Assembly (NCBI GenBank): GCA_000934665.2
Contig: KZ538215.1
Coordinates: 62,001 to 126,000 of the forward strand
DNA from: Catajapyx aquilonaris
Lineage: Eukaryota
DNA length: 64,000 nt
Direction of reading: 5' to 3'
Both the position numbers and the translations under genes were made by a program. Positions 12,501 to 26,348 of this stretch are shown piece after piece. The notes beneath the pieces are model-generated. The model ran no database searches, was not told where the DNA came from, and worked only from the letters and a program-made list of their open reading frames with translations. Every line of letters begins with the position of its first letter. The first letter of the stretch is position 1.

Positions 12501-14396
12501 TCTAATGCCATGCGGTCCACCTCGAGTGTATTATCCACAAAGGTTGTAATTAGTTTGTTTACATCAATATCTTCATAATTTGTCAACCAATATTGCCAAG
12601 ATATTCCAGCGTTTATTAACAGCGCTTCTGCAAACGTATACCAATCCCTACTCTTTTTCTCTCTCACACATATTTGGTATTCAAAACCTTGCCTAATTAT
12701 ACTTTCCCTTGGTTCTCTCATAATTTTTTTAAGAAACTTCAACAATTTTTTAAAAATTTGTATCGAAATTGGTCTGCGTCCTGTTTCATATCTAAGAAAA
12801 TAACCAGCACTGGAACGGGGCAGAGTAAAAAAATTTTTCAAGAAAAAGGTTTGGACAAAACTAACCTATATCTCAAGTGATTAGATGACATATCGACCAA
12901 TAGTGTCCGAAGGGGATCTGATCACGTCAGGAGGGTTTACATTATAAACCATTACTTACGGCATCGAGCTGGAAGGCTACGAAGCTGCGGTAACGGAGTC
13001 TCAAGTCCCTTATGACTCAACTAATGGTCACAGGAGATCGATTTTTTTACACATCCAGATGAGAATACAGGCCGAATTTAGAGGAGAAGAATGGCTTTAG
13101 TGCTATTAGGTCCAAAAAAAATTTAATGAAAACCGCGTGGGATCGTTTAAGACCCCACTTCGTAACCAATGTATGGCAGATTCACGTTGGTGGTTAAGGG
13201 TTAATCAATTCTTGGCAGGTCGTTAAAAATTGCCACGTTGTCCTAATAAAATGCAGAATAAATATCAATTACAACCCTGTGTAAAGGATCAACTGATGTA
13301 ATTTTCCCCACACTAATACTACCCCTGCCCTAGAAACTATTTTAAAATTAATTGGTGACTAGTGACAGTAAAAATCAACATTGGCACATATTGCAGAAGG
13401 ATAATGTACATGTATTGAGAAGTGAAAGTAGGTGAAAACGAAAAAGTGAACCACCAGCAAAAGAGAAAGTACAACTTACAATAGCCACAAACTCTGACTA
13501 CAGACGGAGTAAGATAGCATGTTCTGAACTGGGCATGATATAATCAGATTAATCCTGGGAGACTCTTGTGCCTTAAAAGCAAATAACTCATGTGAATCGT
13601 AGGGAATCTTTGGTGAATCATGTGTTTGTCAAAATATGACCCTCAATCATATGGCTTCCATAAACTATTTTCCTCCAGAGTCACGTTACACTGAACACGC
13701 TGCACACTTCTCTTTGTCACGTGTGTGCTGCAAGTCAATGCCAATGACCGGTTTAAAACAAACCTTATGGTCGGAAGATGGCTGAATGTGAAACTTTCCC
13801 TACTCCCTTGTATCACTAAGGCAACCAGAGAATGGTACTGACATCACGACCCATTTCATGGCTGACACTGTTGACAGTCCACTGAAATGTCGCTACCATT
13901 CTCCTGTTGCATCAACAATGTGTACACAACACTACAGTCAAAACCTGTGGCACCTTCACTTGGAGGAAAACAAGGCCATGACCACCCAGGAAACTTCCAT
14001 GGCTTTACGCACCTGTTGTTACTCTACAACCACACCATGACAGCACACAAGCATTTCACCTGTTTTAAGCCCATGATTAGTCGGAAATGGCACCAGAATT
14101 AACTAAGAATTTCGACCTCCGAAGAAGCAGGACTGCTTGATCCACAAAAATAATGCCTAAACAGTGACCAGGATGTAAACAAGCTCCTGGCAAAGGTGCC
14201 AGGTGTGCCAGCCCTGTCAACAAACCACTGGAGGGCTGCCCCAGGCAACGCAGGCCACGGGACGCCCACCCTACTATACATCTCTCTGCATGACTCTGGA
14301 ACTTTCTATCCTCGGCTGAGCTAGGCCTAGTCTCTCTCCAGGCGGCCCAGCCCCGCCCGCCCGGTGCGGTGCCCGTCCCCTCCTTACCTTCCCCAT
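3526..14396 (-). CDS. USP19: Ubiquitin carboxyl-terminal hydrolase 19-like, ~12-13 exons (an in-frame upstream ATG at 14585 is an alternative start)
   Basis: Exon 1 ATG GGG AAG|gtaag (14396-14388) joins in phase to 10253-9763. Two CS/p23-like domains (10253-9446); Cys box [18 protein letters not shown] (~7840-7890); [24 protein letters not shown] finger CSQC...CTKC...[24 protein letters not shown]...[15 protein letters not shown]; His box [31 protein letters not shown]; stop at 3526. Small exons between ~8100 and 9330 are uncertain. Confidence 0.93.
6175..6527. mobile_element. Tc1/mariner-type MITE in a USP19 intron
   Basis: Imperfect ~55 bp terminal inverted repeats (CAGGGTGTCTGAAAAGTCCAGCACCATAGG... 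vs reverse complement CAGGTTGTCCTAGAACTGCTGCACCATAGG...) flanked by TA on both sides. Confidence 0.75.
7443..7629. mobile_element. Degenerate palindromic MITE (Harbinger-like ends)
   Basis: CGTTTACATGCGAGCCATTTGA pairs with TCAAATTGCTCACATGTAAACG; inner arms TGTTTGAGGTGAAA / TTTCGCCTCAAACA. Confidence 0.55.
8182..8759. mobile_element. pogo/Tigger-type MITE with subterminal repeats
   Basis: TIR CAGTAAAACTTCTATAAGTCGAAT / ATTCGACTCATAGAAGTTTTACTG followed by TA; repeated internal (C/T)CTATAA(G/C)TCGAA-like motifs. Confidence 0.8.
10416..10610 (-). mobile_element. 5'-truncated retroposon insertion with (TAAA)n tail
   Basis: (TTTA)n on the plus strand at its left end; exact 13 bp direct repeat ATTTTTCACTATT at 10403-10415 and 10611-10623. 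Confidence 0.7.
10870..11520 (+). mobile_element. tRNA-derived SINE interrupted by a second SINE
   Basis: A box TGGCCGAGATGG and B box-like GGTTCTAATCCC at ~10881-10935; (TAAA)n tail at ~11480-11520; same head as the 1995-2100 copy. Confidence 0.65.
11183..11448 (-). mobile_element. tRNA-derived SINE resembling widespread insect SINEs, nested in another SINE
   Basis: Minus-strand B box GGTTCGAATCCC; body GGAAGGAAGCAGCTGTGGCC...AAAACCAC on the plus strand; (TAAA)n tail; 19 bp direct repeat with one mismatch at 11164-11182 and 11449-11467. Confidence 0.75.
11557..13200. mobile_element. Non-autonomous piggyBac-like element
   Basis: Perfect 15 bp TIRs CCCTTAACCACCAAC (11557-11571) and GTTGGTGGTTAAGGG (13186-13200), flanked by TTAA at 11553-11556 and 13201-13204; no transposase ORF seen. 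Confidence 0.85.
12022..12856 (-). mobile_element. 5'-truncated non-LTR retrotransposon (3' end of ORF2 with CCHC knuckle)
   Basis: Open 244 aa frame (12107-12841) containing [21 protein letters not shown]-rich simple-repeat tail at 12022-12060; exact 14 bp direct repeat AAAACTAACCTATA at 12008-12021 and 12857-12870. Confidence 0.85.
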
Positions 14397-14599
14397 GGTC
14401 CTCGCGGGAGGTGTCTGCCCCTGGGTCTGCCTGGGAAGGGCAGGTCTGCCCTCCTGTGGATGAGGCGGCAGCAGCAGCGCGGCCCCCGCTTCCTTCCCTG
14501 AGCCTGCCTGCTTGGCTCTCCCCCCTCCGCCTGATCGAACACATGCGGGGAGAGTGGCCAGATGACCCCTGCCCAACACGTCCATCTCTAGGTCAGATC

Positions 14600-14820
14600 G
14601 GCATTTAACCCTCTACGAAGGCCAATTTCACGTGCTTGGATTGCCCCCAGTGAATTAAATGAGGTGCTTCGGACACCTGAATCGGATGATCTGGTCAGTA
14701 TGATTGCACAAAAATGGCGGCGACGCAAAAATGTACGCAACATGACCAGTGTTGTTTCCAGAAAACAGCCCGTTCACCTAGCTCGTGACCCGGCGTGACC
14801 TAGTGAATAGTTGTCAACAG
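14600..14820 (-). promoter_or_regulatory. Probable USP19 promoter/5' UTR
   Basis: Lies just upstream of the GC-rich first exon; YY1/Pho-type motif AAAATGGCGGC at 14711-14721. Confidence 0.45.
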
Positions 14821-16139
14821 GCCTACAATCAACATATTTCAGGCCTGCATTGTATAGTTGTGTACAGTACACTCCACCATGCTAATTAATTAAACTCCAT
14901 TTTTATTTTTCATGCATTTTATGTGCATGTCCCAGATTTGAAAGGGCTCATTATGCTACCATGCTTTATAATTTATACTAAATGTACGATGCAACAAGAC
15001 CTGACCAAAGTCATAATACAATGAATTGGAAGGAACAAGTAAATAAATTGATTTAAGCATGTGGGTATTATATGGCAATATTGGTTCTCAAACTCAATGG
15101 AAAGAACTCTTTTATCAAGATTAATGCAGACATTTATAGACAACACAATACAGCAATACTATGTAAATTTGTTTGCCTCAACTAATAATAAATATTATCT
15201 AAACATCAATCCTACTTATACCTGGAACAGAGTTATATTAGTATGAGTCTCCCTACACACCTCCTCCGTCTATGGATCAATCTTCGATGTAGTAACAATG
15301 TAACATTTACTTATGGTGTGATGGATCTAGGATTGGATGGTCAGGGGAAGAATATTGTTCTTTATGTAACTTCAGAGACACATTTACACACCAGTGCAAT
15401 TGCCAATTTTTTAGAACCCCTCGAAATCAATACCTGCATAGCGTGAAAAGAGTACCAGTGTATGGGATGCACCATGCACACTTTATTTAACTGCTGTGAT
15501 ACTCACTTTATCCACAAAGTATTTTCCTTTGTCAAAGCTGCTGTAGTCCTGCTTAAATTTTCTGATATAACTTTATATACCTGTGTTGTTTTTGCTATTA
15601 TTTCCATTATTCTTACTTGCGAGCTTTTTGTATTTCTTGATTGTTTGTATGGATAGAGCATAGAGGTGTATGTATTATTCTATGTATTATGATGAAGTTA
15701 CCCAAAATGGCTCACGTAGCTAACTGGGCACAATAAATCAATCAATTTATACTAAATGTAGATTTTAATAAATCTTGGTAAACATAACAATGTGGAATGC
15801 GTACAATGCAATCTGTTCTGAAAATAGACACATTTGAAAATAAGCACTGATATCAGTGCCCCAAAATTAATACCTGTCATCACTGTTAAGACATTATTGT
15901 TTCACTTGTGAAATATCACATTGTCAGTGACCATTGTTGAAAACCACAATTGTAATACTGCTGCCTAGAATTAGAGTATGAGCAAATACCGGTCAAGTAC
16001 TTCAATATAAGGCACGCTGCTCACAGCCAAAATGAACAGGTTAGTAGGCATTAAGTAATTTCGCTGACTAGCGATCCAGTTGCCACTCGTCGAGGGTACT
16101 CTGCTTAATTTAAAAGTGTGTGTTGCATTTTTCTTGAAA

Positions 16140-19100
16140 TCAAGTGTCACTGGACAATTCAGATTGTGATAAACTCTGGCCAATTATCACTGCATCATGC
16201 ACTGTAGGAAACATTTGGCCGGAGGAAACCTCACTGGCGAAACTGCAGCGTCGAAGAGATTCTGTAACACCAGCTGAAACATGATTCATAATAATTATAG
16301 TAGATAAGCACTTGTAACAGTAATGTTGCATTCACACACCTGAGCAAGCTGCCAAGTGAAAGGATATTCCAAGTGACTGATACTCTTGAGCTGCCATTTT
16401 CAAAGTCTTCACTCCAGATGGATCCACAAAGCTTACTGCTGACATATCCAGAATTATGGTGTGGACCTGCAAAATGTGGGTTAAACCAACAGCATAGAAA
16501 AAAAGGTCAAAGCATGAAGCGAAAGAATGATTAGAGTTGTTAAAAGGAAATGACTTGTGAGAATGCAGCAGCAATGTCCAGCAGAGTATTTGATGCCTTT
16601 GAGTTGCTCTTCTCATCCGGTTCAGGTGTTGACCTCGCTGGAGAATCATTGATGCTAATGGGGATTGCGTCACTCAGAGCATCTTTATCAGCTTTCTTCT
16701 TTGCTTTCTGCTTCATCAGTAACAGCTTACGAGGATTCATCTTTGTCAATCTGTACAGTTCTTCTTTGAACGAGTCCCTATTGGCAAAGTGCAAACCACC
16801 ACAGAATCGCAATATGCAAAGCCCTGGCCATTCCACAACCTGAAATATTATTCACAAATGAGAAATTTGTGATTTAAAAAAAAAACATGCACCACTTACA
16901 GCGCCATATCTGTTCACATCGAGGTATATGTCAGTGTTGGGCACGACTCCCAATCTAAAGAAATCTGGTCTCTGGCTAAGATACAGGATAGATAGAAGAG
17001 ACACTGCTACACCCAATCCCAATCCATAATCGATGTCCAGAAGCACCACTGACAGGAATGTGATCACCCAAATCATGCCATCCACAGACGACTTCTGCCA
17101 TGCCACCTTAGCATCAGCCAGTTGAACAAACATGCCCTTCAAAGCCACCACGATGATACCAGCCAGAATACACTGCAACATCATATAAGTTAGAAAAAAG
17201 TCATCAGCAGTGTACAACAATACTCACATCTGGTAGGGGCTCAAAGAAAGGTCCAACCCACAGCAAGACAAACACCAAGAGGAGACATGATACGACACTG
17301 GCTATCTGTGTCTTTCCTCCTACTGATGCTTGAATCAAACTCCGGGACAGGGACACAGAGTATGGGATGCAGGAGAAGAAACTTCCTACCACATTGCCGA
17401 CGCCCTGGTACCAATATTGTCATTAGTGGTTTTTTAGTTCAGTAGTTTTAATATTGTCAATTAATAATCTTTTAACTTACCCCTGCTACCAGCTCTTGAT
17501 TGGCATCCACTTCATAGTTGTACTTCTGAGCAAAAATCCTGGCCATGGAGTACGTGACGGAGTATGAAACAACAGCAATCACGAAGGAGTCCACCATAAT
17601 AGTTGGGAGAAACCACATCGGAGGTGCAGTCGGTAGAGGAAGCCTATACAAGAAGTGTTCGCTTCACAAAAAGGCCTGAATAAACTGATGAAGAAGACAC
17701 ATACCCGGTGGGTATTGCTCCGACCACTGCCAAGTTGAATTGGTGTTCCAACTGCGCGTACTGTGATATGAGTGTCCCTGCGACCACGACCAAGAACTCT
17801 GCGGGAAGAGGGAAGCGGATCTTCTTGCTCAGGAGAGGCTGTAGGTTGGAAACAGGGTCAAAACGTGCAGACAAATTGGCCAAGCTACTTGGGAAAACGG
17901 CCTGTTAGTTGGTGTGTCGGGAGACACGGGATGATTGCCTAAGGGCGAAGACTATCTGACGACCTAAATATTCCAGCATGTAATTGTCCCGAAAAGTGTG
18001 AAAACAATCAAGTTAACATACACAAATAACACACTCAAATCTATTGTGTGTATCACTTTAGATAAACATCATGTAATCTAACTGCAAATAATTACAAGCA
18101 CTTTTACGTCTCAAGCAAATACATTTAATGTACTCTCTGCACACATTTGCTTAACATATATGTGGCAGGTGGCTATAATTAGTGCAGAATCACACACGAG
18201 ATATTTACCTTGATGTATTCGTTGTTGATGACTAGAAGAATGATGGTAGCCATGGACATTCCCAAGGCCAGCACGTTGGTTCGATGAATGTTTTGGAAGA
18301 TGGATACATATGTCTGAATGCGAAAAAGGATGGGATAACATTATTAAAACTAATTAAAAAATGCATGCCCTGAGAGTTGGCAGGCGATGGAATACAGCCA
18401 GTATAATCAGGTTATTATCGCATTAATTTTCCTTGCGAGGTAAACAAATCTTGAGCAAATGACGTCATTACACTAATAATTCGCGGCCTCCGTTGCTAAA
18501 TCACAATCTGTTGCAGCACTCGAAATGTACTAGATTTTTACTCGCTAAATGTTTAAAAAGTGCCGACATTTTTTCTTTCTTCCATACATAAATTAGTTCT
18601 TTGCACGCGAAGTAATCGGCAGGAAGATAATATTGCAATTCCCAGCAGTTGACTCACTGAGAATTTCTGAGTTCTTATTCACACATCCATATCTTCAAAC
18701 TTACATAAGGATAAAACGCTAAATTCTTTTACTGATATCGCTTGTGCACACAATTTAACTGGCATTTTATCCTCTACGTAATGTAAATGTCGTTTTTTAT
18801 GACCATGGTTGCAGTAGATCTTGACGACCTCCACGGACGTGCATGTTGTTGCCATTGACACGCATCCACTCGGAACAACACGACGTGATTATGCAACTTA
18901 CAAAGACGATCTTGAACGGTCCGTTGAACCTGGGCACTTTGACTCCAACTAAGTTCTTCACTTGAGAAGTGAAGACGTGGATGGCCGCCCCTGTGGTGAA
19001 TCCACTGACCAAGGTATCAGAAAGAACTCGACTCAAAGCACCCATCCTCAGCATCCCCATCAAAAGCTGTATAATAAAATATCATTAATTTTTTTTAAAT

Positions 19101-21455
19101 TATTTTATTATTAAGTTACTAACCTGCCAGATTCCGACCATGAAGCAGACGGCTGTTCCAATTTGTAAGGGTTCCAACACAGTTGGTCCGTCCTCCCATA
19201 TTCGAACAGTGTCCTCCGAAGACAAAGGATTGTTTTCTGGAGTGTCGGTCGAATTGCCATCGTCCCATGTGTCGATTTCGGTACCGGCGTACATGCCGAT
19301 TATTTTGCCAGTCATGATGGAAATGACGGCGAATGTACCTGCGGTGACTCATAATGTAGAATCGCTACATGATGTCCCAAAAAATGGCGCTTACCCATCG
19401 AAATGTGCCTGGAAGTTCCCATGAGGAAATAGATCAGGACGGGAAAAAAGGCCATGTAGATTCCAACAATAGGAGGAACACCGGCCAACAGCGCATATGC
19501 CATACCTGTCAGAAACACGGTTCATTCGTCAGCTGTGGTCACACACACTTTTAATTATTCTCACCTTGAGGAATGTGCATAACAGCGACAGTGAAACCGG
19601 CTATGATGTCACTAACCAATTCTTCCTTGAACTTGTACTTCGGCAACCATGACACGACAGGAAAGAGTGTTGTGACCACTTTTTTGACCGAACATTGTCG
19701 CAGCTTTTGCGACTTCTGCCACAGCAATTCTCGACATCCTGACGTTGTTATATAAACATATATGAACACATGATTCACACGAGCCCCTGTAATGAACATT
19801 ACACAACCTAATTATCTCCATTTTCTCACCTGGTTCGTGCGGCTTGGAATACAGCAAATGAGAATCAAAGTCTTGTTGTTTCCATGCTGGCCTTTCCACT
19901 CTTAGCATCACGCTGTCTTCGGATTTCACGATTCCATTGGCATGTGGAGGATCCGGAGGTTCTGGTGTTGCTGTATTTACCATCTGATACCCACTCTTGC
20001 CACGCCCCCTGTAAAACACATTTTAATTAACCGCCTGGCAGGGTCACCACAATTATGCCAAAATATTATTCATCCGGAACTAGAATAACATTCATTGGAT
20101 GCCACCTGCTCTATTGTCACCAACCAAATGAACACTGCGGAAATACCACTGCACATACCCTTGACAAACCCTGCCGCATTTTTAAAAAATCGCATTGAAG
20201 GCCAGCTCCAATTTTCTGGCAATTTTTTGTTTATCTCACTCCTTGCACGTTTGCAGTCATTTTGTTTACCCGCGGTGGGTGCGTCAACAGCATGCTGGGG
20301 CATGAGAACATGTTGCCCAACTTCAGCCGGTACAGTGCAAGGGCGCATGCGATCAGAAAGGGATACCTGAATGCCATTGTGTGTTATCGGAATGGCACTA
20401 AAAATAAGTTATCAATCGGTTAGGAAACTAATCGAATGTGTTACTGCCACATAGAGTCTAATACCAAATATTGAGTGAAATGGATGTGGGAAAAATTGGT
20501 AATTGCGAATTAGTCTATACAGGATGTGCGTGCGAATAAATTAAAGGGTTTGATCTAAATGCAATGAGTAGGTGTTTCCTTGACCAATTCATGTGCAATT
20601 ATTGCGTCAAGACATTTCGTGTCGATAAGGGGAGGAGAGCAATTACTGCTTATCTGAGGCAATAAGGTTTCAATATGAGCTTGAAATATGTACTTTTTGC
20701 GGTATACCCAGTCCTTGCCCTTTTATCCTTTCCGCCAAAATTGACGCAGTTTGCAATATGAACCCAACAAGGACGTGGCTGTAAAATCTGCAATGACAAG
20801 AGTCGGGTTCGCAGAATTTATGAAGCCTTATTTGCATTGTAATTTCCTGTGGTCGTTACGCAGTGTCAGTAATGTACGCACAAAAAAATGGCATGCACTA
20901 CAATTTTGCTTTTTAATGTAGCCATTATCACACATACTTGCAATATCTCCAAGATAAGAGCCTATTAGGATGATTTACAATGCATTAGTCTACATACGCC
21001 ATTGATCCTCAGTGTGTCTTCGGTGGTCAACTTCAACAGCCCCTGGTAGTGACCATCGCGGAACTCTCAAGTACCCAAGTCATGAACTGAGTTTTATGTG
21101 GCGTCGATATACGAACCGGAATCAACTCACGTGACCTGCACTGTGTGGTATATGCGGTGTAATAGTGAGTAGTGAGTGGGTGGTACGACTGGTAGGGGTT
21201 AGATGCTGGAGGATAATTAGCGCTGTTGGGAGGCGGAGTCGCGATCACTGTTGCGAGTGTGACGTAGCATACAGTACGTCTAACTCTAGTATGTACAATA
21301 AAAGAACTGACCTTGCTAAAGTATATTTTGCAAGTCAGCTGAACAATCTATCACAAACTTTAGATTACCAGATTGATAAGATGACCAACGTGTTTGCTTA
21401 ATGAGGGATGGTTAATCCCTAAACGTACAGAAAAATTGCAAATTACTTACCTCAT
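16140..21455 (-). CDS. SLC26 (prestin-like) anion transporter, tandem copy 1
   Basis: Mini-exon ATG AG|gtaagt (21455-21451) joins in phase to ...GRGKSGYQM. Motifs [71 protein letters not shown] domain GLHFAN...[23 protein letters not shown]; stop at 16140. Confidence 0.93.
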
Positions 21456-23416
21456 AGTTAAAGAGCAGTGATGTACGACCTTCGTTCGCGAAAGATCGGT
21501 ATCAAATGCGATAATCGCGACATTCACGGGAATGGCATTACGCCAGGAGTATTGTGATGTCATCATTTTTGGAGCGAAAAAAAAAATTTAAAGTGAATAA
21601 CACGATTTTCTCAAGGAAAGTATGCCACCGCCACACCCTCTTGATTGCGGTTAGTTTTAAATATAAGTCTGGATTTCAAAATGCAGATTCACGATTTGCC
21701 ATCTGCCATTCGTGATGGTGACAAAACAATGGGCATTCAATACATCGAGTGTAATAGTGTCGCAGTATATAGTACTTGCTGTATGAGAATGTATTAATGC
21801 TTTATTGGGAGGTACACATTATGTAACAAATGCATACTTTCACAAACTGCAACCAATTTGTGCCCCGTTGCAGGAAGGGTGAAAGTGTGAAAATTCGTAT
21901 TAGGCCGATTCTCCACCGATATGCGCATTGAGCACCGAATAAAAGCTGCGTCGACATAAGTATAATGCTATTGTTCCCATATCAAAACATATGATGGACG
22001 GTTAAATTGACGGGGATGATTCTTCTGTCTGATGATCCCGTCTCATATATATTAAAAGCAACACCCTGATAAAATTCCCCAGATTGATCCCTTTGACACT
22101 TGACCTCTCTCCAAACAATGCAATTGCCAAATGTTTCTATTTACACACCCCCTAAACGGCTATTCGAACTGGTACATTTCTGGTTTTGACAGGATTACAT
22201 GTAGCTGACCCCCAGATAAAAATGTTAATTGCTGATTAGCTTCCAGGCACATGGGGGTACACCAGATGTGTCCTTACCTGACCACTCTCTCCAGCATGGT
22301 CCACATGTTTACAACAATTCCGGACGTCTGTCACGAACATTACCAACTTTGTTGTCCAGGAGAACACCCGCTGGTATGTATAATGCTTGGTGCCAACTAG
22401 AGGTTGGTTCCTAGCTAGACCTTCCCCAAGGCAAGGGGATAAAGAAAGTCAGGCCAATCTAGACCCCCCTGCAGCTTTAAGCTACTTTCTCCTCTAGATG
22501 GACAACAAGTCTTCTTTCGCGGTGCATGTGAGTGGATAACCTACATAATGCTTTCTTTTTAAAAATATAGAAGAGGACCCCCGGACTCACTTAATTTAAA
22601 TTAGCACATTATCATATGATTCCACAGTTCACATCACCTTGATGGTGTATCAAAGTGATGAGACAAGTTGGGTCTATGAATAATCCTTGTTAATGCCTAG
22701 TGCAATTGGTTTGCACGAACAAGGTGAAAGTCCACCGATTGTCATAACCTCGTTTGACCCCATCAGTTCGCGTGGGAGATGAATAAGTTCAGGTAAGTTT
22801 TAATTGCGCATTTTCTGAGAATGATCGTTACGCAATAAACAGTATGCGAATCGTTATTGTCGTCAATCATCATGACTGCTATCTTGACATTAGGATTAAT
22901 CATTTCAGCGCCTTGTAACCTGCTATACGCCTATACTGTATATTTTGAGTACCCTTGTTGAAGGATACGACATTCGAAGGACGATATCACTATTACTGAT
23001 TCACGACATCATACACGCATTGTGGACTGCATATATAATCACAATGACACTAGCATGTACAGTACATGCCACTTACATAAACAACAATAATTACTTACTT
23101 GTCCAATAATAATGTACCCGACACCATGCTTTCGGACGTATCACGAAGTGTGGGTTGCCTACTCAGAAGGAGAATCAAAACTGCCCAATAGCTTGTCTTA
23201 TCATATGGCTCCGATGCATGCCAACAGACCTATATTGAAGAAATGGGTTAAACCACGCAATCTTCATCGGGCTGGGTCTATCTGGAATGGTGTGACATGA
23301 GTGTTTCTCTTTACTCAAGTGCAACAGATCAAGATTAAGGCCGATTATAGTCGACCCTGTTACTATTAAACTTGACACAATTTTTAAGAATCCATTTATT
23401 AATGACAATAAATAGT

Positions 23417-26348
23417 TCATACAGCATTGTAGTAAACCATTGCACTGTGCAGGTCGGGAAATAATTGCAATTTGTCCAAATTAGGCATCAGATCGCACTT
23501 TTCCATCATTTGCAGGACAGAAGCTGTAATGACATTGTAGCCTATATTATAAAAGCCAGGTATTTCAATACTGTGCACTATACCTGAGCATCCTGTCAGG
23601 ACCACGTGTACACCAATAGCATTGAATTCATCTTCAATAGCTTTAATACCACTGACTCCAGCAGGGTCCACAAAAGTTAACGCTGCGAAGTCCAGTATTA
23701 AACACTGTACCAATAGATGTATTAGACTAATGTGTGTGTTTATTACCAACACCTAATTAATTCTTACCACAAAGTCCATATCAGAATGTGCTTCCGAAGG
23801 AAGAGCCAGTATCTGCTTAGGCATGACCCCTGTCAGTCTGTACACAGAGCGTTTAAATTTTTCAGTGTTGATGAAATGTAAGCTACCTGTATAACGGATA
23901 ACTTTATATCCTGAAATTTCTTTGGCCTGCAAAAAAAACATCTTGAACCTACTGCTCTTCTCACGCACAAAAATACACTTACACAAGAGTAACATTCCAC
24001 GTCCAGGTAAAAGTCAGTGTCTGGAACCACTCCTACCACTGTCACACACGGAGACTGACTCCTGCATAATATAGTACACAGTGCGGCTGTGACCCCAAAT
24101 ATAAGACCATACTCAATATCCAGTATGACAGCTGAAGCAAAGGTCACGATCCAAATAAATGCATCATAACGTGACTTTTTCCAGGCTTCCTTTAAGTCAG
24201 TGACCTGCATCAGCATGGATCTTAATGCCACGACTATGATGGAGGACAAGACACACTGGAAATAGAAAAGGATTAATAGAGTACCTTAGAACTGAAAAGG
24301 TAAGCTTACAAGAGGAAGGGCTTTAAAACTGGGTCCTATCCATAGTACGACCAGGAGTAATAAGATAATGGAAAATATGCTGGCAAGTTGAGTCTTTCCT
24401 CCTACATTCTGTTGGATTAGGCTTCGTGACAAAGAAGAAGTAACTGGGATGCAGCCAAAAAATGAACCAAACAGATTTGAAAAGCCCTGCAAAAAAAAAA
24501 AAAAAGTGCAAATATTTAGGTAGAATTAGCATTTTGATTTTACGCACCAGTGATATTAGCTCTTGAGTGGGACCCACTTCGTAATATTCGTTGGATTTTT
24601 GAGCCAAAATCTTTCCCATGGATATCATGATGGTGTAACTGACAATGGCAATGATCACACTACTGCTTAGAATTTGTAGCATGAGTTCAAATCTTGGCAA
24701 GATTGGATCAGGAAAACTATAAAATTAATTAAAATAAATAATTTATGCAGTTGTTTTTGCTAAAGTGGGGCTCACCCTGCAGGAATGTTACCCACAACAG
24801 CTATGTTGAAGTTACCCGGTAAGTTTCCAAAATGCGACACTATTGTTCCAGTTGCCACAACGACCAGTTCAATTGGGATGGGAAAGTTTGTCACTTTCTT
24901 TACATAAGGCTGAAAATACACGAGTGGTTGCACTACTTTTCTACTGCGTGAGAAAGGGTGCTAACCTTCATGATTTGATTGTTGAAAACAATGATGCTAA
25001 TAGAGATGAAGGATATAATGATTGCTGCTAGGTTTGTCTGCTTCACTTTTCCAAACATGTCTATGTAAGTCTGAAATTCAAGACATCATGCGTTCAATAT
25101 GAATATAACAGATTCCCCTTTAACATTTTACTAAAGTGTACTGTACATACCTTGAAAATCTTGAACAGTCCACTGAATCTGTTAATTTCAATTCCAGACA
25201 AGTTTTTCATTTGTGCAGTGAACACATGCACTGCTGCTCCTGTCGTAAACCCACTGACAAGTACATCAGACAATACAATGCTCAACTTGCCAATGTGCAG
25301 TGCACCAGCTATTACCTGAAATGTAACTGTTACAATTCACCCACGCTCTAACTTACTAGAAGCGATCAAGCCAGATGTCGTAACATCACGTAATAACAAA
25401 ATGCAATGATAGTAGTACCATGATGCCAATGGTATTCACAAAACTGAAACTCACATAAGTATCTCAAGTTACCTGAGAAACACCACAAATGAAACAAACA
25501 GTTCCAGCAATTTGTGCAGGTGTATAATGCTCCTGGCCATTCTCTTCATTCGGTGTACCTGTATGCTGGATGACAATTTGTCCTGTCATGAGGCATACAA
25601 CAGCCATAGTACCTGAAAAGACCTCTCAGTGACAACAATTATTGAGAAAAATAATTGTAATACTCTCACCAAGTGACACGTGCCTAGATGTTCCCATAAA
25701 GAAATATGCAAGAACAGGAATAATAGCCATGTAAATCCCAACAATGGGGTTCAGATATGCTAGCTGGGAATATGCCATTCCTGGAAGTTTAGACATTGAC
25801 AGAGTTGAATATTGACATTTGGAAAATTTTTACAACATGGTTAATACCTTGAGGAATGTGCATAACAGCCACAGTGAATCCGGCAATAATGTCATGGGTC
25901 AGGTCATCTGTCCATTTGTAAGATTGAAGCCATTTGGTTGCAGGAAACATGGAATATATTGCATCGCAAGATGTTGTGGGACAATCTTCAAGTCTGTCTC
26001 TAAAAAATTCTCTGAGCCCTGCAAGTGTAAAAGGAATGCGCAGAGCTCGGTTATAAACTGCATGGTTTGTGGGATGGAATATGAGCAAATTAGATTCCAA
26101 TTCCTCCAAGTCACTTTCTGTTTCTGGGACCTGAAGTATCATGAAACAGTATAGTCAATTTACTCTTTTCAACCTGACTCACCTTTATCCTTCGGTCTAG
26201 TGTAACCATAGACTTCCTCCATTTTTGCTTGATGATAGATACACTTTTCCCCTTGAAAAATGACTGTGTAGTCACTTGTTGTTGAGCCTTTGCTAAATCT
26301 TCTAGCATGAGTCGCTGAGTCTTGTATGTATTTGTTTCTTGCAGCCAT
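23417..26348 (-). CDS. SLC26 (prestin-like) anion transporter, tandem copy 2
   Basis: ATG at 26348 (MAARNKYIQ...YGYTRPKDK) splices to [80 protein letters not shown]. The exons I checked join in phase without stops. Confidence 0.92.
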
